DNA from: an uncultured Chloroflexia bacterium
GTDB taxonomy: Bacteria; Chloroflexota; Limnocylindria; Limnocylindrales; CSP1-4
Length of the DNA: 64,000 nt
Reading direction: 5' to 3'
Assembly: GCA_963776355.1 (NCBI GenBank)
Contig: CAVZLU010000008.1
Location: 1,218,679 to 1,282,678, forward strand
Shown piece by piece: positions 59,793 to 64,000 of this stretch. Under the pieces are notes generated by a model that saw only the letters and a program-made list of their open reading frames with translations, had not been told where the DNA came from and made no database searches. The position numbers were made by a program, and so were the translations under genes. Numbering within the stretch: position 1 is the first letter of the stretch; every line of letters starts with the position of its first letter.

Positions 59793-59810
59793 CGTCTTTG
59801 CGCAAAGACG
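59793..59810. promoter_or_regulatory. 18 bp perfect palindrome CGTCTTTGCGCAAAGACG upstream of the biotin carboxylase gene
   Basis: Read from the sequence. It lies ~37-54 nt upstream of the accC start. Related 16-mers are GTCTTTGTGCACGGAC (~61446-61461, upstream of the carboxyltransferase) and GTCCGTGCGCAAAGAC (~63058-63073, inside parB). Confidence 0.35.
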
Positions 59811-59838
59811 CAGTGGTGCCCCGGCTCGCCACGGTGCC

Positions 59839-61392
59839 TCACAGGGGGATGTTCCCGTGCTTCTTGCGGGGATTGGACTCGCGCTTGTCGGCGAGCATCT
59901 CGAGCGACCCGATCAGGCGGGGTCGAGTCTCGGATGGCAGGATCACGTCGTCGATCCAGCCGCGCGCCGCGGCCACATAGGGATGGTTGAAGTTCGCCTC
60001 GTACTCCGCCACGAGGCGCGCGCGCTCGGCGAGCGGGTCCGTCGCCTTGGCGATCTCCTCCTTGAAGATGATGTTCACTGCGCCCTCGGCGCCCATCACC
60101 GCGATCTCGGCCGTCGGCCAGGCGTAGTTGATGTCCCCACGGACATGCTTCGAGGACATCACGTCGTACGCTCCCCCGTAGGCCTTCCTGGTGATGACGG
60201 AGACCTTCGGGACCGTGGCCTCGCAATAGGCGTACAGGAGCTTGGCTCCCTCCTTGATGATTCCCCCGTGCTCCTGGTTTACGCCGGGCAGGAACCCCGG
60301 CACATCGATGAACGTGACGAGCGGAACGTTGAAGGCATCGCACGTGCGAACGAAGCGGGCGGCCTTCACCGATGACTGGATGTCGAGGGCGCCTGCCAGG
60401 ACTGCGGGCTGATGGGCAACGATGCCCACGCTGCGCCCGCCGAGGTGCGCGAACCCGACGATGATGTTCGCAGCCCATGACGGCTGGATCTCAAAGAAGT
60501 CGGCGTCGTCGACGACCCGGCGCAGGATGTCGTGCATGTCGTACGGCTTGAACGCGTCGTCGGGGACCAGGACGTCGAGCGCGGGGTCGCGGCGATCGAC
60601 CGGATCGCTCGTCGCCAGGCGGGGCGGCTCGCCCAGGTTGTTCTGGGGCAGGAACGACAGGATCCTCCGGACATGATCGAGCGCCGTCGCCTCGTCGCGG
60701 GCGGCGAGATGGGCCACGCCCGATCTCGTCGTGTGCGTGATCGCCCCGCCGAGGTACTCGGAGTCGACCTCCTCGTGGGTCACGGTCTTCACGACGTTGG
60801 GCCCCGTCACGAACATGTAGCTCGTGCCCTCGACCATCACGGTGAAGTCGGTGATTGCCGGCGAGTACACCGCGCCGCCGGCGCAGGGGCCCATGATCAC
60901 CGAGATCTGCGGGATGACCCCCGACGCGAGCACGTTCCGGGTGAAGATCCAGGCGTACCCCGCGAGGGATGCGACGCCTTCCTGGATGCGCGCCCCGCCG
61001 GAATCGTTGAGGCCGACCACCGGGGCGCCGACCTTCATCGCGAGGTCCATGACCTTCACGATCTTCTCGGCGTAGGCCTCGGACAGCGAGCCCCCGAAGA
61101 CGGTGAAGTCCTGGCTGAAGACGAACACCAGCCGCCCGTCGATCGTGCCGTGGCCCGTGACCACGCCGTCGCCGAGGATGTGCTGCTCGTCGAGGCCGAA
61201 ATCGGTCGAGCGGTGCGTCACGAAGGCGTCGAGCTCGACGAACGAGCCGGGGTCGAGCAGGATGTCGAGGCGTTCGCGTGCGGTCAGCTTGCCCCACGTG
61301 TGCTGGCGCTCGATGCGCACCACTCCCCCACCGAGCTGCGCCTCGGCGCGCATCCGCTGCAGGCGCTCGATGCGCTCGTCGCTGGTCGGCAC
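59839..61392 (-). CDS. pccB: Propionyl-CoA / acyl-CoA carboxylase carboxyltransferase (beta) subunit
   Basis: The GTG at 61392 follows [30 protein letters not shown]...GGARIQEG... The tandem crotonase-fold CT domains are typical of PccB/AccD5. Confidence 0.9.
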   Translation of the reverse strand: MPTSDERIERLQRMRAEAQLGGGVVRIERQHTWGKLTARERLDILLDPGSFVELDAFVTHRSTDFGLDEQHILGDGVVTGHGTIDGRLVFVFSQDFTVFGGSLSEAYAEKIVKVMDLAMKVGAPVVGLNDSGGARIQEGVASLAGYAWIFTRNVLASGVIPQISVIMGPCAGGAVYSPAITDFTVMVEGTSYMFVTGPNVVKTVTHEEVDSEYLGGAITHTTRSGVAHLAARDEATALDHVRRILSFLPQNNLGEPPRLATSDPVDRRDPALDVLVPDDAFKPYDMHDILRRVVDDADFFEIQPSWAANIIVGFAHLGGRSVGIVAHQPAVLAGALDIQSSVKAARFVRTCDAFNVPLVTFIDVPGFLPGVNQEHGGIIKEGAKLLYAYCEATVPKVSVITRKAYGGAYDVMSSKHVRGDINYAWPTAEIAVMGAEGAVNIIFKEEIAKATDPLAERARLVAEYEANFNHPYVAAARGWIDDVILPSETRPRLIGSLEMLADKRESNPRKKHGNIPL

Positions 61393-61603
61393 GTGGACCT
61401 CCTCGCCGCTGGCGACACCCCGGGCGCGTGGCTGCGAGGCGCCGTGTCTTTGTGCACGGACAGGAGCGGATCCGGCGCCGCCATCATAGGGGCCGCCAGC
61501 CCGAACCGACGCCGTCGCGTGGAGCGCAGACCCCCCGAGCACCCACGGCGATCAGGTTCGGCGAGGCTTGGTCTCCATCCTCAGGCGCGGCCGCGTTCGC
61601 GGG

Positions 61604-61645
61604 CTTATCCACAAAATCGTGAACAAATCGCCGTTGGTGTGGATA
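61604..61645. promoter_or_regulatory. Two perfect DnaA boxes in inverted orientation (TTATCCACA ... TGTGGATAA) flanking an AT-richer 24 bp spacer, ~100 nt upstream of parA
   Basis: Read from the sequence. Perfect 9-mers are extremely unlikely by chance at this GC content. Confidence 0.5.
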
Positions 61646-61740
61646 ACGGCGGCCCGCGCGACGAGTCCGTGGGGTAGGATCTGGGGCCGCGCGCCTGCGC
61701 GATCCAGCGCCGGCGTACACAGAGGCGAGGTGATCCCCGG

Positions 61741-62517
61741 GTGGCAACGATCATCGCGATCGCGAATCAGAAGGGCGGCGTGGGCAAGACCACGACCGCG
61801 ATCAACCTTGCCGGGGCTCTTGCCGAGCAGGGGCATCGCGTCCTCGCGGTGGATATGGACCCGCAGGCCAACCTCACCGTGGGCCTCGGGATCAACCTTG
61901 GCCAGGTCGAGAACTCGATCGCCCAGGTGCTCGACCAAACGGGCGCGTCGCTGGCTTCCATCATCGTCCCCTCCGCCACCGAGCGGATCGATGTCGCGCC
62001 GTCAACGCTCGAGCTCGCGTCGACGGAGGTCGAGCTCTTCAGCGCGATCGGCCGCGAGTACACGCTGCGGGAGGCGATCTACGCGGGCTCGGTGCGCGAG
62101 GCCTACGACTATGTCCTGATCGACAGCCCGCCCACCCTGGGCCTGCTGACGATCAACAGCCTGGTCGCCGCCGACGGGGTGATCATCCCGGTCCAGACCC
62201 AGTACTACGCCCTCAAGGGACTGACGGCCCTCGTGAAGGTGATCAACACCATCCACGTCAAGCTGAACCGGGACCTGCGCGTCCTCGGGCTCCTCCCCAC
62301 CTTCTACGATGGGCGCACCGTCCTCGCCCGCGAGATGCTCGAGGAGCTGCGCGAGCTCGGTGACCACCACGTCTTCAACTCCATCGTGCGGACCACCGTG
62401 AAGCTCGGCGAGGCGCCGCTCACGGGCCGGCCCATCACCGCCTACGCCGGGCACTCCGAGGCTGCCCGGACGTTCCGAGAGCTTGCGAAGGAGGTCGTCG
62501 AACTTGGCCAGGCCTGA
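61741..62517 (+). CDS. parA: Chromosome partitioning ATPase ParA/Soj
   Basis: The GTG start follows GAGGTGA. VATIIAIANQKGGVGKTTTAINLAGALA... deviant Walker A. Confidence 0.9.
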   Translation: MATIIAIANQKGGVGKTTTAINLAGALAEQGHRVLAVDMDPQANLTVGLGINLGQVENSIAQVLDQTGASLASIIVPSATERIDVAPSTLELASTEVELFSAIGREYTLREAIYAGSVREAYDYVLIDSPPTLGLLTINSLVAADGVIIPVQTQYYALKGLTALVKVINTIHVKLNRDLRVLGLLPTFYDGRTVLAREMLEELRELGDHHVFNSIVRTTVKLGEAPLTGRPITAYAGHSEAARTFRELAKEVVELGQA

Positions 62518-63493
62518 CTTCCGCGCCGTCGCCGCGCGCCGCCTCTCCGAAGAGGGCGAGCTTTCCCCGTCCGTCGTCAGCCTCCTCTCGGCCGAAGGCA
62601 GCAAGAGCCTCGGCGTCCGCCACGTCCCGGTGGATCGGATCGAACCGAACCCGGAGAACCCCCGCCTCCTCTTCGAGGAGTCGGCCCTCGAGGAGCTCGC
62701 CTCGTCGATCCGCGAGCACGGCGTGCTCCAGCCGATCCTCGTCCGCCCGGCCGGGCGCGACCAGTACCAGCTCGTCGCCGGGGAACGTCGCTGGCGGGCG
62801 GCGATCCGGGCAGGGCTGGCGACCATTCCCTCGCTCGTCGAGGAGCTCGACGACGAGGCGGCGCTCGAGATCGCGGTCATCGAGAACCTCCAGCGCGAGG
62901 ACCTGTCGCCGCTCGAAGAGGCGACGATGTACGACCGGATGGTCAAGGACCACGGCTACAGCATTCGCAAGCTCGCCCAGAAGCTCGGCAAGGACAAGGG
63001 CTACCTCGAGAACCGGCTGCGCCTGGCCGACGCTCCAGAGGAGATCCGGGCGCTGGTGTCCGTGCGCAAAGACACCCTCTCGCACGCCTACGAGCTCATG
63101 AAGATCGACGACCCGAAGAAGCGCAAGCGCCTCGCCGCCCAGGTGGCCAGCGGCCAGCTCTCGCTCCTCAAGCTGCGGGAGCGAATCGAGGGCAGGCCGC
63201 GCCGCGCTGCCACTGCCGACCCGGACGCGTGGGAGCGGGAGTCTGCGGGGCTGGGGAGCGACGAGTCCGAGGCGCTGCCGCCGCCCACAGCCGTGCTCAC
63301 CGGCGACGACGCCCTGCTCACGGCAAAGGCGCAATTCCAGGAGGCGCTCGGCGAGCTGCTCGCGGTGCTCCGCAGCAGCGCGTTCGACGAGTCGGCCAAT
63401 GCCACCGACCGCCAGAACCTGGCCAAGTACCTCACGATCTCGAAGCTCACCCTGGAGAACGCGATCACCGTCGTCCGCGGCCGCGGAGCGTAG
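62504..63493 (+). CDS. parB: Chromosome partitioning protein ParB/Spo0J
   Basis: ParB box (...ENPRLLFEESALEELASSIREHGVLQPILVRP...QLVAGERRWRAAIRAGL...IENLQREDLSPLEEA...) and an HTH. Probable TTG start at 62504 after AAGGAGG (the ORF-track start is the TTG at 62483). Confidence 0.85.
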   Translation: MARPDFRAVAARRLSEEGELSPSVVSLLSAEGSKSLGVRHVPVDRIEPNPENPRLLFEESALEELASSIREHGVLQPILVRPAGRDQYQLVAGERRWRAAIRAGLATIPSLVEELDDEAALEIAVIENLQREDLSPLEEATMYDRMVKDHGYSIRKLAQKLGKDKGYLENRLRLADAPEEIRALVSVRKDTLSHAYELMKIDDPKKRKRLAAQVASGQLSLLKLRERIEGRPRRAATADPDAWERESAGLGSDESEALPPPTAVLTGDDALLTAKAQFQEALGELLAVLRSSAFDESANATDRQNLAKYLTISKLTLENAITVVRGRGA

Positions 63494-63514
63494 CGGCCCG
63501 GGCAGCGGGCTCCC

Positions 63515-64000
63515 CTACCCCGTCATCCGCCCGGCCGCAGCCAGCGCCCCGACCCAGCCGGCCGCGAGCAGGCCGATCCCTACGGCCTGGACCTCCCACG
63601 CCCGCTGACGCGCGCGCGCTCCCGGCCGCCAGCCAAGGGCCACGCCGCCCGCCACGGTCGCGGCTCCGACCGCGCCCACTGCGAGCCACGAGCCGGAGCC
63701 GCCGAGCACGAGCACCGAGGCGAGCGCCGCGATGGCGACGGTTCCTTCCAGGACCGCCCCCACGCGCCGGGCAAGCGCGCAGACCGAGCGTCGTGGCCAC
63801 GGTGTCGACGCCGGCGCCCGCGTCACGTTCGAGGTCGGCCACCGCGTTGGCGACCGCCAGGGCCGCCCCCGCCAGCATCGCCACCGGGACGAGGACGGCG
63901 AACGCGGCCGGGACGGTGCCGGTCGCCCCAACCCAGGCGAAGACCGGCAGGAGAGGAATCCCGACCGCGTAGGGCACCCACGACCAGCGCGTCCCCTTGA
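63515..64000 (-). CDS. UbiA-family prenyltransferase-like membrane protein, C-terminal part only (5' end beyond the window), with an apparent frameshift near 63775
   Basis: Two adjacent minus-strand frames give ...AVGIPLLPVFAWVGATGTVPAAFAVLVPVAMLAGAALAVANAVADLERDAGAGVDTVATTLG (NxxxDxxxD motif) and ...LEGTVAIAALASVLVLGGSGSWLAVGAVGAATVAGGVALGW... Confidence 0.35.
   Translation of the reverse strand, partial: SRGRAGRGCPTRSGFLSCRSSPGLGRPAPSRPRSPSSSRWRCWRGRPWRSPTRWPTSNVTRAPASTPWPRRSVCALARRVGAVLEGTVAIAALASVLVLGGSGSWLAVGAVGAATVAGGVALGWRPGARARQRAWEVQAVGIGLLAAGWVGALAAAGRMTG

Overview
This is a 64 kb window of very high-GC DNA (roughly 70-72% GC by eye), densely packed, with most genes on the minus strand. 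The six-frame track is full of long spurious ORFs on the opposite strand, typical of high-GC sequence. Gene content points to a high-GC, Gram-positive-like bacterium that keeps FtsA, a small basic protein (Sbp, DUF1290) and a split glycine dehydrogenase. That pattern fits deep-branching Actinobacteria (Thermoleophilia or Rubrobacteria-like) or a comparable lineage; this is inference only. Core content: a dpp/opp-type ABC peptide transporter operon; an ECF sigma / membrane anti-sigma pair; a gcvT-gcvH-gcvPA-gcvPB operon preceded by a NUDIX gene; aconitase; a nearly complete dcw cell-division/cell-wall cluster (mraZ-rsmH-ftsL-ftsI-murF-mraY-murD-ftsW-murG-murB-ddl-ftsQ-sbp-ftsA-ftsZ-yggS-yggT-DUF167); sdhCDAB diverging from sucCD; a methylmalonyl/propionyl-CoA module (epimerase, mutase large subunit, BCCP, biotin carboxylase, carboxyltransferase); and parA-parB preceded by two perfect DnaA boxes. 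Two RNA genes are absent from the ORF track: a type-A RNase P RNA (rnpB) and a tRNA-Val(CAC). The most accessory-looking stretch, about 16-26.6 kb, is hypothetical-rich and ends at the tRNA-Val. It contains a class III adenylate cyclase with an unusual cyclase-TM-extracytoplasmic topology, flanked by ~97 bp direct repeats that duplicate the 3' end of a neighbouring gene. It also holds a Crp-family regulator facing a tandem-DUF4177 gene across a perfect TGTGA-N6-TCACA box, and a lower-GC segment bounded by 39 bp perfect direct repeats next to the tRNA. At least seven single-nucleotide frameshifts split otherwise well-conserved genes, including essential murB, murG and ftsW. The likeliest explanation is indel errors in the assembly rather than pseudogenisation. 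Coordinates derived by reading motifs rather than by ORF arithmetic may be off by 1-2 nt.
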